From: an uncultured Erysipelotrichaceae bacterium
GTDB taxonomy: Bacteria; Bacillota_I; Bacilli_A; RFN20; CAG-826
NCBI GenBank assembly: GCA_902803375.1
Contig: CADCPN010000031.1
Coordinates: 1-57,973, forward strand
Direction: 5' to 3'
Length of the DNA: 57,973 nucleotides
In this document: positions 21,675 to 31,482 of the stretch, one piece after another
Layout: each line of letters starts with the position of its first letter
How positions within the stretch are numbered: position 1 is the stretch's first letter
The notes under the pieces: generated by a model
The model's input: only the letters and a program-made list of their open reading frames with translations
Databases searched by the model: none
What the model was told of the DNA's origin: nothing
Made by a program: the position numbers and the translations under genes

Positions 21675-22709
21675 ATGACTAGAAGCGAAATGATCCTAAA
21701 ACTCATCGTCGAGCACTTTATCAAAACCGCCCAGCCCGTCGGAAGCCAGACGCTTCTAGACGAATACAAACTCAACTATTCGAGCGCCACGATCCGCAAC
21801 GAGATGAACACGCTTGAGAAGGAGGGCTTCCTTGAGAAGACCCATACCTCCTCTGGTCGCGTCCCTTCTAAGAAAGGATACGAATACTACGTTGAGCATC
21901 TTCGCGAAGATCGCATCGACGAGGAAGTCAAGTACGCCCTCGCCGCCGTCCTCGATAAGAAGGCGCAGTCGGTAGAAGAGGTCATCAAGCAATCCTGCGA
22001 GATCCTCTCCAATATGACCAACCTCGCCTCCGTTGTCCTTGGACCTAAGGTCAACGATGAGCACCTCGTCAGCGTTCAGATCATTCCGTTAGGAAACAAC
22101 TCCGCTACCGCCGTGTTCGTCACCGACCAAGGCTACGTCGAGAACAAGACCTTCATGATCGAAGATGGCATATCCATCGAAGACATTCAGAAGACCGTCA
22201 ATCTTCTCAATGACAGATTGAAGGGCACCGCGATCGTCGACCTCGTTCCCAAGATGGAAGCGATGAAGCCGGCCGTCACCGACTACATGGTCGGGCAAGA
22301 CGTCATCTACCAGGCAATCCTCGAGGCGTTCATCAAGTTCGCCGGACAAAGGATGAGCCTCTATGGCAAGAAGAACCTCCTCAATCAGCCTGAATTCGCA
22401 GATGATGCGAAGAAGCTGAAGGAAGTGCTGAGCCTCATCGATGACCCTGCCGCGATGGCCAAAGCCCTCGAAGTGAACGAGCCAAAGCTAGACGAAGACG
22501 TCAAAGTGAGATTCGGTGAGAAATCCGACCTCGCCATCGTCTCCGCCGAAGTCTCCACTCCCGGCGGCAAGCCTACGACGCTAAACCTCGTTGGCCCAAC
22601 CCGCATGGACTATGACAAAGCGATGGCATTGCTCCGTTACGTCTCCGAGACGCTAGACGATTACTTCGCCTCCAAAGGCAAAGATTACAAAGACGAAGGG
22701 AAAGAATAA
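21675..22709 (+). CDS. hrcA: heat-inducible transcription repressor HrcA
   Basis: 344 aa. The N-terminal wHTH (GSQTLL...SSATIRNEM..LE..G.L.K.HTSSGRVPS) is canonical HrcA. Confidence 0.93.
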   Translation: MTRSEMILKLIVEHFIKTAQPVGSQTLLDEYKLNYSSATIRNEMNTLEKEGFLEKTHTSSGRVPSKKGYEYYVEHLREDRIDEEVKYALAAVLDKKAQSVEEVIKQSCEILSNMTNLASVVLGPKVNDEHLVSVQIIPLGNNSATAVFVTDQGYVENKTFMIEDGISIEDIQKTVNLLNDRLKGTAIVDLVPKMEAMKPAVTDYMVGQDVIYQAILEAFIKFAGQRMSLYGKKNLLNQPEFADDAKKLKEVLSLIDDPAAMAKALEVNEPKLDEDVKVRFGEKSDLAIVSAEVSTPGGKPTTLNLVGPTRMDYDKAMALLRYVSETLDDYFASKGKDYKDEGKE

Positions 22710-23350
22710 TGGACGAAAAGAATAAGCAAGAAGCAGCAGCCGAAAACGAAGATTGCGGCTGCGAGGAAGAGGATAAGGAAGAAAAGCTCGGCCGCAAGGT
22801 CGGCAAGGATAAGTACCTCAAGGCTCTTGATGATCTTGCCAAGGCCAACGCCGATAGAGATCATTGGAAGAATGAGTACTACCGGGCCTACGCCGATACC
22901 CAAAACCTCCGCAAATCCCTAGAAGAGGAGAACCGCACCGCGGTCAGATACCGCGCTGCCGGATTCGTAGAATCCCTGATCCCGGCCCTAGATGCCTTCC
23001 ATATGGCTCTAGCGAATCCAGCCCCGAACAAAGAAGCCCAGAATTACCTCATCGGCTTCAATTACATCTACAACCAATTGGTTAGCGCCATGGCCAACGA
23101 AGGAGTGAGCGAAATCTCTCCCAAAGTCGGCGATGACTACGACCTCAACACGATGCACGCCATGGAGGCCGTCGAAACTGACGATGTCGCCCCTGGCAAG
23201 ATCGTCAAGGTCCTAACCAAAGGCTATAGGCTCCACGACCGTCTCATCCGTCCGGTCATGGTTACCGTCTCTAAGGCCAAGTCCGAAGAGAAAAAAGAAG
23301 ACGAGAAGAAAGAAGAAAAAGTAGAAAACAAAGAGGCCAAACAGGCCTAA
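22709..23350 (+). CDS. grpE: nucleotide exchange factor GrpE
   Basis: 213 aa with an acidic N-terminus, a coiled coil and the C-terminal GY.L.DRLIRPVMV motif. Confidence 0.93.
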   Translation: MDEKNKQEAAAENEDCGCEEEDKEEKLGRKVGKDKYLKALDDLAKANADRDHWKNEYYRAYADTQNLRKSLEEENRTAVRYRAAGFVESLIPALDAFHMALANPAPNKEAQNYLIGFNYIYNQLVSAMANEGVSEISPKVGDDYDLNTMHAMEAVETDDVAPGKIVKVLTKGYRLHDRLIRPVMVTVSKAKSEEKKEDEKKEEKVENKEAKQA

Positions 23351-23366
23351 TAGGAGATAAATCATT

Positions 23367-25193
23367 ATGGCAAAAGAAATCATTGTCGGTATCGATCTTG
23401 GTACCACCAACTCCGTCATCAGCTATATGCAGGCTGATGGCAAAGTCAAAGTCATTCCGAACCCGGAGGGAACTAATACCACCCCGTCCGTCGTCGCTTT
23501 TAAGGGAAGCGGTGAGGAAATCGTCGGCAACGCCGCTAAGCGCCAGGCCGTCACCAACCCCGACACCGTCTCCTCTGCTAAGCGCGCCATGGGCACCTCA
23601 CAGAAATTCCACATCAACTGCGTCTCCAAGGATTTCACCCCGCAGGAGATCTCCGCTAAGGTCCTCGCTTACATGAAGTCCTATGCCGAAAAGAACCTCG
23701 GCCAGGAAGTCAAGAAGGCCGTCATTACCGTTCCGGCTTACTTCAACGATGCCCAGCGTCAGGCTACCAAAGACGCCGGCACCATCGCTGGTCTAGAAGT
23801 CGTTCGTATCATCAACGAACCGACCGCCGCTTGCTTGGCCTATGGCGTTGAGCAGGGCAAGACCGAGAAAGTCATGGTCTTCGACCTTGGCGGCGGCACC
23901 TTCGATGTCTCCATCCTCGATATCGGCGATGGCACCTTCGAAGTCCTCTCCACCAACGGCGACACCCACCTCGGCGGCGATGACTGGGACCACGTCATCG
24001 CGGATTGGATCGCCGCTCAGATCAAAGCTGAGACCGGTGCTGATCTAACCGATAAGATGGCCCGCCAGAGATTCCTTGACGCCGCTGAGCGCGCCAAGAT
24101 CGAACTCTCCAGCTCTGTTTCCACCACCATCTCCCTTCCGTTCATCGGCATGTCCGCCAACGGCCCGATCAACTTCGAGACCACCCTTACCCGCGCCAAG
24201 TTCCAGGATCTTACCCGCAACCTCCTCGAGCGTTGCAAAGCTCCGATGGAGCGTGCCCTCGCCGACTCTGGATTAACCTATAACGATATCGGCACCGTCC
24301 TTATGATCGGCGGCTCCACCCGTATGCCGGCCGTCCAGGAAATGGTCACCAAAGAAACCGGCAAGACCATCAACATGTCCGTCAACCCGGACGAAGCCGT
24401 CTCCGTCGGCGCTGCCATCCAGGGCGCCGTCATCGCTGGCGATGTTAAGGATGTCGTCCTTCTCGACGTCACCCCGCTTACCCTTGGCATCGAGACCCTC
24501 GGTGGCGTCATGACTCCGCTCATCCCGAGAAACACCACCATCCCGACCACCAAGTCCCAGGTCTTCTCCACTGCCGAAGATAACCAGCCGGCCGTCGACA
24601 TCATGGTCTATCAGGGCGAACGTCCAATGGCTCATGACAATAAGCTCCTCGGCCACTTCCAGCTCACCGGCATCAAACCGGCGCGCCGTGGCCAGCCGCG
24701 TATCGAAGTCACCTTCAATATCGACGTCAACGGCATCGTCAAGGTCACCGCAAAAGACCTCGACACCCAACAGTCTCAGGATATCACCATCTCTGGCTCC
24801 AACGGCCTCTCCAAGTCCGACATTGACCGCATGATCAAGGAAGCTGAGGAGAACAAGGCTGCTGACGAGAAGAGAAAGAACGAGGCTGAGGTCATGAACA
24901 AGGCCCAGACCTACGTCGACCAGATCAACGCTACCCTCACTGAGCAAGGCGACAAGATGACTCCGGAACAGAAGGAACAGCTCACCAAGCTTCGCGACGA
25001 AGCCCAGGGCGCTATCGCTTCTAAGGACATCGAGAAGCTCAAGGAAATCGTCGGACGTCTAGAAGACGCTGCCGCCGCTGCCAGCAAAGCTGCCTCCTCT
25101 GGTGCCTATAACGCCAACAACGCAGGCGCCAAATCCGAAGGCAATGAGACCGCCGATGATGTCGTCGATGCCGACTTCACCGATAAGAAGTAA
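23367..25193 (+). CDS. dnaK: molecular chaperone DnaK (Hsp70)
   Basis: [18 protein letters not shown] and [11 protein letters not shown] are Hsp70 signatures. Confidence 0.98.
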   Translation: MAKEIIVGIDLGTTNSVISYMQADGKVKVIPNPEGTNTTPSVVAFKGSGEEIVGNAAKRQAVTNPDTVSSAKRAMGTSQKFHINCVSKDFTPQEISAKVLAYMKSYAEKNLGQEVKKAVITVPAYFNDAQRQATKDAGTIAGLEVVRIINEPTAACLAYGVEQGKTEKVMVFDLGGGTFDVSILDIGDGTFEVLSTNGDTHLGGDDWDHVIADWIAAQIKAETGADLTDKMARQRFLDAAERAKIELSSSVSTTISLPFIGMSANGPINFETTLTRAKFQDLTRNLLERCKAPMERALADSGLTYNDIGTVLMIGGSTRMPAVQEMVTKETGKTINMSVNPDEAVSVGAAIQGAVIAGDVKDVVLLDVTPLTLGIETLGGVMTPLIPRNTTIPTTKSQVFSTAEDNQPAVDIMVYQGERPMAHDNKLLGHFQLTGIKPARRGQPRIEVTFNIDVNGIVKVTAKDLDTQQSQDITISGSNGLSKSDIDRMIKEAEENKAADEKRKNEAEVMNKAQTYVDQINATLTEQGDKMTPEQKEQLTKLRDEAQGAIASKDIEKLKEIVGRLEDAAAAASKAASSGAYNANNAGAKSEGNETADDVVDADFTDKK

Positions 25194-25223
25194 TCCTTCT
25201 AACTACATCAAAATCTAGCAAAT

Positions 25224-25251
25224 GCGCTGGCCTAGACTTCTAGGCCAGCGC
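25224..25251 (+). promoter_or_regulatory. perfect 12-bp-stem hairpin between dnaK and dnaJ (possible partial terminator or processing site)
   Basis: GCGCTGGCCTAG-ACTT-CTAGGCCAGCGC, followed by GGTTTGCTTT, which is only a weak U-tract. Confidence 0.45.
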
Positions 25252-25286
25252 GGTTTGCTTTCGTTCAATTCAAAGGAGGCCAGAAC

Positions 25287-26423
25287 ATGGCTGAGGAAAA
25301 ACGCGATTATTATGAGGTTTTGGGCGTCAGCAAGACTGCGACCAAAGACGAGATCAAATCCGCATACCGCAAACTGGCCAAGAAGTACCATCCTGACATC
25401 AACCACGATCCGGATGCGCCAGAGAAGTTCAAGGAAGTCACCGAAGCCTATGAGGTCCTTGGCGATGACCAGAAACGCGCCCAATATGACCAGATGGGCT
25501 TTGCTGCCTTCGAGCAAGGTGGCGCCGGCGGAGGCGATCCTTTCGGCGGCATGGGCGGAGGATTCGGAGGATTTGGCGACATCAACGACATTTTCTCCTC
25601 TTTCTTCGGCGGTGGCGCTGCCCGCGGAGGCAGAGCCGAGACCGGCCCGCAGAAAGGCGAAGATTCCCTTATGCGCGTCCGCATCTCCTTCATGGATGCG
25701 GTTAACGGCACCAAGATCAAGATCCCGGTAAACTACGATGAGCCCTGCGAAAATTGCCACGGCACTGGCGCAGAATCTCCTAGTGATTTAGAGACCTGCC
25801 CCCATTGCGGAGGCAGCGGCGTCGTATTGACGCAGCGCCGTACCATCCTTGGCGTTGTGCAGCAGCAATCCAGCTGCCCACATTGCGGAGGCTCGGGCAA
25901 GATCATCCGCAATAAGTGCCATGCCTGCGGAGGCAGCGGCTATAACCGCGTCCACCGCGACGTCGAGGTCAACGTGCCTAGCGGCATTAACGCCGGACAG
26001 CAGATCCGCGTCACCGGCAAAGGCAGAAAAGGCCTTAACGGCGGACCTAATGGCGACCTCTACGTCGAGGTCTTGGTTCAGGACCACGCATTCTTCAAGC
26101 GCGATGGCAACGATATCCATATCGATGTGCCGCTAAGCTTCATCGATTGCGCTCTTGGCAAAAAGATCGATGTCCCGACCGTCTATGGGGAAGCTACCGT
26201 CATGATTCCAGAAGGAACCCAGCCGGATCAGATCCTTAGACTCAAGGGCCAGGGCGTCAAAGACCTCCGTACGCAGAAGCCGGGCGACGAGTATGTCCAT
26301 ATCAAGGTACAGACTCCGACCAAGCTCTCCCGTACGCAGAAGGACTTGCTTGGCGAATTCCAGAAGCAGGTTTCCTCGAAAGATGATCCCTACACCAAAT
26401 GGAAGAGCAGGTTCTCCAAGTAA
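25287..26423 (+). CDS. dnaJ: molecular chaperone DnaJ
   Basis: J-domain with HPD (YHPDIN), a G/F-rich region and four CxxCxGxG zinc-finger repeats. Confidence 0.96.
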   Translation: MAEEKRDYYEVLGVSKTATKDEIKSAYRKLAKKYHPDINHDPDAPEKFKEVTEAYEVLGDDQKRAQYDQMGFAAFEQGGAGGGDPFGGMGGGFGGFGDINDIFSSFFGGGAARGGRAETGPQKGEDSLMRVRISFMDAVNGTKIKIPVNYDEPCENCHGTGAESPSDLETCPHCGGSGVVLTQRRTILGVVQQQSSCPHCGGSGKIIRNKCHACGGSGYNRVHRDVEVNVPSGINAGQQIRVTGKGRKGLNGGPNGDLYVEVLVQDHAFFKRDGNDIHIDVPLSFIDCALGKKIDVPTVYGEATVMIPEGTQPDQILRLKGQGVKDLRTQKPGDEYVHIKVQTPTKLSRTQKDLLGEFQKQVSSKDDPYTKWKSRFSK

Positions 26424-26438
26424 CAGCAATTCGCAAAG

Positions 26439-26466
26439 ACACCTCTCCACATGGGGAGGTGTTTTG
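26439..26466 (+). terminator. Rho-independent terminator of the dnaK operon
   Basis: Stem ACACCTCTCC / GGGGAGGTGT, followed by TTTT. Confidence 0.65.
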
Positions 26467-26499
26467 TTATACTTATGGGCTTTCAAAAGGAAGAGTGCT

Positions 26500-26958
26500 A
26501 TGAACAAATTTATGGAACTTGCCATCATAGAGGCGAGAAAGGGCATTGAAAACGAAGAAGGCGGCCCCTTTGGCGCGGTCATCGTCAAAAACGGCGAAGT
26601 CGTTGGCAAAGGCCATAATCAGGTATTGAAGCGTCATGACCCTACTTGCCATGGCGAGATGATGGCCATCCACGATGCCTGCGAAAACCTCGGCACCTTC
26701 GATCTTTCTGGCTGTGAGATCTATACGACCGGCGAACCCTGCCCGATGTGTCTAGGAGCAATCCTTTGGGCCAACATGGATAAGGTCTACTATGGCTGCA
26801 ACATCATCGATACGGCCAAGATCGGCTTCCGCGATGAGCAGTTCTATAAGATGAGCTCCCCGCAGGAGAAAGCGAAGTTTGTCAAAGAGCTCGATAGGGA
26901 TGCTTGCCTAAAGCTTTATGACCGCTACGTGAAAATCACCGGCAAAGCCAATTATTAA
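26500..26958 (+). CDS. guaD: guanine deaminase (CDA-fold, GuaD-like)
   Basis: 152 aa. DPTCHGEMMAI plus EPCPMCLGAI are the zinc ligands, and IGFRDEQFYK resembles the B. subtilis GuaD C-terminal region. The ATG at 26500 has an AAAGGAAGAG RBS. The ORF-track start at 26293 overlaps dnaJ and is rejected. Confidence 0.8.
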   Translation: MNKFMELAIIEARKGIENEEGGPFGAVIVKNGEVVGKGHNQVLKRHDPTCHGEMMAIHDACENLGTFDLSGCEIYTTGEPCPMCLGAILWANMDKVYYGCNIIDTAKIGFRDEQFYKMSSPQEKAKFVKELDRDACLKLYDRYVKITGKANY

Positions 26959-26975
26959 GGGTAAAGATATCGATG

Positions 26976-27003
26976 CGGGATGGATGTTTCATCCCGTTTT
27001 TCT
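26976..27003 (+). terminator. Rho-independent terminator
   Basis: Stem CGGGATG / CATCCCG, followed by a T-run. Confidence 0.6.
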
Positions 27004-27065
27004 TTGGTCTTTAATTGGCTTGCGGAAGCCTACTAGTCTATACTTGTCTCGTTAAAGAGTTTTCT

Positions 27066-27503
27066 ATGCCTTACTGCAAATCCTGCCATCGCGAAATCAG
27101 CAAATTCGATACCGATATCTGCCCTTATTGCGGCGAAGAGTCACCTATCGATTCCAATTACAAAACCATGGACATCACCAGGAGAATCGACCAGATGGAT
27201 CCTTCCTTCAAGCTTTATAAATCGAAGTCCCAGAAGGTCTGCGCCATCCTGTCGATGACTTTTGGCTATTTCGGCGTCCATAACTTCTATATCAAGAAGA
27301 ATAGCCTTGGCTATATCGATATCGCCATCACCGTGGCGCTCGTCGGCATCCTAGGCAGCGTCTTGGCCTTTGCCACACCGCTTCCTGTTTGGCTAGGCTA
27401 TGTCCTAAGCTTCCTTGCCGCTTGGGCCATCTTCTTGCTTAATGGCTTCATCATCTTAAAGAAAGACAGCCCGCGTGATGGCTCTGGGGAGTTCTTGCGC
27501 TGA
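27066..27503 (+). CDS. zinc-ribbon plus TM2-domain membrane protein
   Basis: The N-terminal CKSC...CPYCG is a zinc ribbon. The TM2-like motif is FGYFGVHNFYIKKNSLGY, and two or three TM helices follow. The ATG at 27066 is preferred. Confidence 0.7.
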   Translation: MPYCKSCHREISKFDTDICPYCGEESPIDSNYKTMDITRRIDQMDPSFKLYKSKSQKVCAILSMTFGYFGVHNFYIKKNSLGYIDIAITVALVGILGSVLAFATPLPVWLGYVLSFLAAWAIFLLNGFIILKKDSPRDGSGEFLR

Positions 27504-28225
27504 TGCAACACTACTTTGGGCACATCGAAGGCGGCTACGCCTGCATTGATGATGGCGACGCCCACCATCTTCTTAATGTAAGGAGAGGAGAGATCGGCGA
27601 GAAACTCGAGATCGCAGAAGGCGAAGAGCTTTTCTTGGCGGAAATCGAATCCATTGACCCGCTTAGAATCAGGATTTTGGAGAAAATAGAAAAGAAGAGA
27701 GAACTCGATAACCCTTTGCTTCTTGCCTTTGCCTTGCTTAAAAGCGACCATAACGAGCTTATTGCCCTTAAAGGCACTGAGCTAGGCGTCTCTACCTTCA
27801 TCCCCTTCACCAGCAATAGAACTATCGTGAAGCCAAAGGAAAAGGAAGATAACAAGCTTTTGCGCCTACGCAAGATCGCCTCTGAGGCCGCGAATCAGTG
27901 CCGTAGGACCTCCATCCCTGAAGTTACATCTTATTCCTCCTTCCAGGAGCTTATGAGCCTAAAAGCCGATAGAAAGCTATTTGCCTATGAAGGAGAAGCG
28001 GGCAGCTCTGCAAGCCTTCTTTCTTCTATGGCCAACCTGCAAAAGGGCGAGTCTATCCTTGTCCTAATCGGCCCAGAAGGCGGGTTCAGCGAGAAGGAAG
28101 CCAAGATGGCTCAGGAGAACGGCTTTGCGTTCGTTAGCCTTGGCAGGCGCATCCTCCGCGCTGAGACCGCGGCTTTATATTGCGCCTCCATCATTGGGGC
28201 GATTTCTGAGGAGGGAGAAGAATGA
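27503..28225 (+). CDS. rsmE: 16S rRNA (uracil1498-N3)-methyltransferase RsmE
   Basis: LIGPEGGFSEKE and GRRILRAETA are SPOUT RsmE motifs. The start overlaps the upstream stop (CTGATG). Confidence 0.9.
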   Translation: MQHYFGHIEGGYACIDDGDAHHLLNVRRGEIGEKLEIAEGEELFLAEIESIDPLRIRILEKIEKKRELDNPLLLAFALLKSDHNELIALKGTELGVSTFIPFTSNRTIVKPKEKEDNKLLRLRKIASEAANQCRRTSIPEVTSYSSFQELMSLKADRKLFAYEGEAGSSASLLSSMANLQKGESILVLIGPEGGFSEKEAKMAQENGFAFVSLGRRILRAETAALYCASIIGAISEEGEE

Positions 28226-29034
28226 ACCTCTTTGAAACCTTGGAGAAGAAGCAAGGCCATACCGCCTTCCAGTCCGGATCGGAGATGAGATATTTCCTCG
28301 ATAACTCTCCGGTGCTTCGCGATTACCCCGCCTTCGCCAGATGGGGCAAAGTCAGCAAACCCTTCGACATCATCAGGGCCAATATCTATATCCGCGGGAT
28401 CCTCAACAAGGAATTCGTGGAGCGCACCTACTTCAAATTGACGGAAGGAGGAGTCAATAAAAAAGACCTCCTCGACAGTGAGAAGCAAGCGCTGTTCTCT
28501 AGCGTCTCCCTCGCCACGAATTCTCTAGATTTCTATCTTGAGAATGACGAGAATCGCATTTTGATTCCATTCTTCTCTAGAAGCTTGAATGACGTCTATT
28601 CCCATTCGTATTGGAAGCTGGAAGAACGCCCATATAAGGCCTTGCTAAAAGACCTAGAATCCGTGGCAATCGATCCCTTTGATACTTATGGCGATGACCT
28701 CTATAACTCTTATTTCACGAAGCTCATCCGGCTAAAAAAAGATAGTACCGGAAGTGCGTATTATGACTATGATGCAGCGTCGGTCTATTTCGTGAATAAA
28801 GGCGGCAGGCTCGATGCGGCCCTTTGCCTATTCGACAAAGAACTCCGTCATCCAAACACCCATCACATGATGGAAAGACTTAAGCCGGTCGTGAGCGCTT
28901 ACTACGAAAACGATAAGGCTGGAATGATAAAAGCACTAGGCGATAATAAGTTAATTTCCAGTAGTTTATTGAATAAACTTATTGCTGATGACAACAAGCT
29001 AAATTTGAAAATTGATAAAAAAGGAAAAATTTAA
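28222..29034 (+). CDS. hypothetical cytoplasmic protein (no recognisable domain)
   Basis: 270 aa with no TM helix or signal peptide. The start overlaps the rsmE stop (ATGA) and the stop overlaps the mtaB start (TAATG). Confidence 0.55.
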   Translation: MNLFETLEKKQGHTAFQSGSEMRYFLDNSPVLRDYPAFARWGKVSKPFDIIRANIYIRGILNKEFVERTYFKLTEGGVNKKDLLDSEKQALFSSVSLATNSLDFYLENDENRILIPFFSRSLNDVYSHSYWKLEERPYKALLKDLESVAIDPFDTYGDDLYNSYFTKLIRLKKDSTGSAYYDYDAASVYFVNKGGRLDAALCLFDKELRHPNTHHMMERLKPVVSAYYENDKAGMIKALGDNKLISSSLLNKLIADDNKLNLKIDKKGKI

Positions 29035-30317
29035 TGAAAACCTTCTACCTTCATAGCCTCGGCTGCAAGGTTAACTCGTATGAGAATAGCGCGCTAGGCA
29101 CAGAGCTACGCACTGCTGGATACATAGAGACCAACAAAGAGGAAGACGCTGATATCGTTATCCTCAACACCTGCTCCGTCACGGGGAAGGCCGACCAAAA
29201 ATCCCGTCAACACATCTCCACTTATAAGAAGAGGAACCCTAACGGGATTCTGGTTGTCATGGGCTGCTATTCGCAATCTCATGCCGAGAAGGCCAAAGAG
29301 CTAGGCGCCGACATCGTACTGGGCTCTGCTGGACGTAGCCTCGTCGGCAAATACGTCGCGCAGTTCGAGCAGACCCACGAACCTATCGTTGACGTTAAGA
29401 AGACCGTTCGTCACGAAGCGTATGAAGAGCTTGGCGCGACCGCTTTCTGCGAGAACGCCAGAGCCTATTTGAAAATCCAGGACGGCTGCGATAACTTCTG
29501 TTCCTATTGCTTCATTCCGCAGCTTCGCGGCAATTCTAGATCCCGCTCTCCGCGCGAGGTCCTCAATGAGGCCGAGGCTCTTGTCGATAAAGGATATAAA
29601 GAGATCATCATCACCGGCATTCATATCGGCGGCTATGGCAAAGACCTCGGCGATGGCTCCTATCGCCTTGCCGATTTGCTCGAAGACATGCTCAGGAAGT
29701 GCCCGGACCTCTATCGCGTACGTATATCTTCTCTAGAAGAGAGCGAAATCGATGAGAAGCTCCTCAGCCTTCTTAAAGATCACCCAAATATCGCCAACCA
29801 TCTCCATATCCCGCTTCAGTCTGGCTCTAGCAGCGTCCTTAAGAGGATGAAGCGCAAATATGACACCGAGGCCTTCCTCAAGAAGCTTGATGCCATTCGC
29901 GCGGTCCGCCCCGATATCGCGATCACCACCGACGTCATCGCCGGCTTCCCGCTAGAGACGGAAGAAGAGTGGAGGGAGACCATGGAATTCTGTGCCAAGG
30001 CTAACTTTGCTGAAATCCACGTCTTCCCATACTCGCCTAGGCCCAATACCTACGCCGCTACCCTTAAAGACCTTGATCCTTCTATTAAGAAGGAGAGAGT
30101 CCATGAGCTTCTAGAGCTGTCTAAGAAGATGAGAAGGGAATACGAGGAGAAGTTTTACGGCAAAGATTTCGAAGTTCTCTTCGAAGACTTCGACAAAGAG
30201 GCGAAAATGGCCTCTGGCCATACCTCCAACTATCTAAAAGTCAGCATCCCAAGCGAAGTTGCCCTCCATGGCACCATTAAGGTTCTCACATATAATAAAG
30301 AGATAGCATCGGATTAA
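29034..30317 (+). CDS. mtaB: tRNA (t6A37) methylthiotransferase MtaB
   Basis: UPF0004 N-terminal domain Cys residues (LGCKVN, NTCSVT, GCY), the radical SAM motif CDNFCSYC and a C-terminal TRAM-like domain. The position after rsmE is as in B. subtilis. Confidence 0.9.
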   Translation: MKTFYLHSLGCKVNSYENSALGTELRTAGYIETNKEEDADIVILNTCSVTGKADQKSRQHISTYKKRNPNGILVVMGCYSQSHAEKAKELGADIVLGSAGRSLVGKYVAQFEQTHEPIVDVKKTVRHEAYEELGATAFCENARAYLKIQDGCDNFCSYCFIPQLRGNSRSRSPREVLNEAEALVDKGYKEIIITGIHIGGYGKDLGDGSYRLADLLEDMLRKCPDLYRVRISSLEESEIDEKLLSLLKDHPNIANHLHIPLQSGSSSVLKRMKRKYDTEAFLKKLDAIRAVRPDIAITTDVIAGFPLETEEEWRETMEFCAKANFAEIHVFPYSPRPNTYAATLKDLDPSIKKERVHELLELSKKMRREYEEKFYGKDFEVLFEDFDKEAKMASGHTSNYLKVSIPSEVALHGTIKVLTYNKEIASD

Positions 30318-30352
30318 TTCGAAAAAATTTATACATCTTCTCAAAATTGACG

Positions 30353-30380
30353 TTGACGTAGGGAATGACTTCCTTATAAT
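30353..30380 (+). promoter_or_regulatory. sigmaA-type promoter of rpmF
   Basis: TTGACG, 16-nt spacer, TATAAT. A second TTGACG lies 6 nt upstream. Confidence 0.5.
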
Positions 30381-30410
30381 TTCCTGCGTTCCAAAGGAGA
30401 GATTAGAACT

Positions 30411-30596
30411 ATGGCAGTCCCACAGAGAAGAATCAGCAAAACCCGCAAGAGAATGCGTCGTTCCCACTTCAAGCTCGAGGTCACCGGCTTGGTCGCTTGC
30501 CCGCACTGCGGCGAGATGATCCGCGCCCACCACGTTTGCCCGAAGTGCGGCTACTATGCTGGCAAGCAGGTCATCAAGACCGGCGAAGATAAGTAA
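30411..30596 (+). CDS. rpmF: 50S ribosomal protein L32
   Basis: [19 protein letters not shown]... with a CxxC..CxxC zinc ribbon. Confidence 0.95.
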   Translation: MAVPQRRISKTRKRMRRSHFKLEVTGLVACPHCGEMIRAHHVCPKCGYYAGKQVIKTGEDK

Positions 30597-30637
30597 TTTA
30601 TCCAACCAACTTGAAATTGCTAGGAAAGCCTGAGGTT

Positions 30638-30656
30638 AAGCCTTGGGCTTTTTTCG
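30638..30656 (+). terminator. Rho-independent terminator of rpmF
   Basis: Stem AAGCC / GGCTT with a short loop, followed by TTTTT. An alternative larger stem starts at 30625. Confidence 0.5.
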
Positions 30657-30754
30657 TCCGTCCCATCGCAATTTCGTATACCCCCATAGGGTATCTATGC
30701 TTGCTATCCTTCTTAAAGAAGTGGATAATCCCCAATACAAAGAGGAATTACATA

Positions 30755-31411
30755 ATGGAATTCAACAAATTATTCGACCACACCCTTTTGAAGCCCGAGG
30801 CCACTTCTGAGCAGATCAAGAAGCTTTGCGCCGAGGCGAAGGAGCTCAACACCATGTCCGTCTGCGTCAACCCGTGCATGGTTGCCCTCGCCGCGAAAGA
30901 GCTAGCAGGCAGCGGCGTTAAGGTTTGCACCGTCATCGGCTTCCCTTTAGGCGCCACCACCACCGAGATCAAAGTCGCCGAAGTTAAGAAAGCCATCGAA
31001 GACGGCGCGACTGAAGTCGACATGGTCATCAACCTCGGCTGGGTCAAAGAAGGCAGGTACGAAGACATCAAGAATGAAGTCTCTGCTCTTAAAAAGGCCG
31101 CTGGCAACAATATTTTGAAGAATATCCTTGAGTGCTGCCTCCTCAGCGATGAAGAGATCCGCCTCTCTTGTATCGCTACCAAAGAAGGCGGCGCTGACTT
31201 CGTTAAGACCAGCACTGGCTTCTCCAAAGGCGGAGCCACCGTCCACGATGTCGAAATCATGCGTGAGGCCGTCGGCCCGGATTTTGGTGTCAAAGCCGCT
31301 GGCGGAATCCACACCCTTGCGCAAGCCGAAGCCCTCGTCAAGGCTGGCGCCAACCGCCTTGGCTGCAGCGCCTCCGTCGCCATCATGGCGGAGTATAAGG
31401 CTCAGCGCTAA
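30755..31411 (+). CDS. deoC: deoxyribose-phosphate aldolase
   Basis: FDHTLLKPEAT, VCTVIGFPLG and the Schiff-base region DFVKTSTGF. The ATG at 30755 is preferred over the ORF-track TTG at 30611. Confidence 0.9.
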   Translation: MEFNKLFDHTLLKPEATSEQIKKLCAEAKELNTMSVCVNPCMVALAAKELAGSGVKVCTVIGFPLGATTTEIKVAEVKKAIEDGATEVDMVINLGWVKEGRYEDIKNEVSALKKAAGNNILKNILECCLLSDEEIRLSCIATKEGGADFVKTSTGFSKGGATVHDVEIMREAVGPDFGVKAAGGIHTLAQAEALVKAGANRLGCSASVAIMAEYKAQR

Positions 31412-31425
31412 TATTCAAATAGCAG

Positions 31426-31455
31426 ATGCCAAGGGGAATCCTCTTGGCATTTTCT
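31426..31455 (+). terminator. Rho-independent terminator of deoC
   Basis: Stem ATGCCAAGGGG / CCTCTTGGCAT, followed by a T-run. Confidence 0.6.
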
Positions 31456-31482
31456 TTTTCTCTTCCCTATAATCAGGCGATT

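Noticed and set aside
26293-26499. Upstream extension of the guanine deaminase ORF that overlaps the dnaJ 3' end.
   Set aside because: The extension spans the dnaJ terminator and has an Arg/Ser-rich nonsense-like translation. An internal ATG at 26500 with a good RBS gives a full-length CDA-fold protein.
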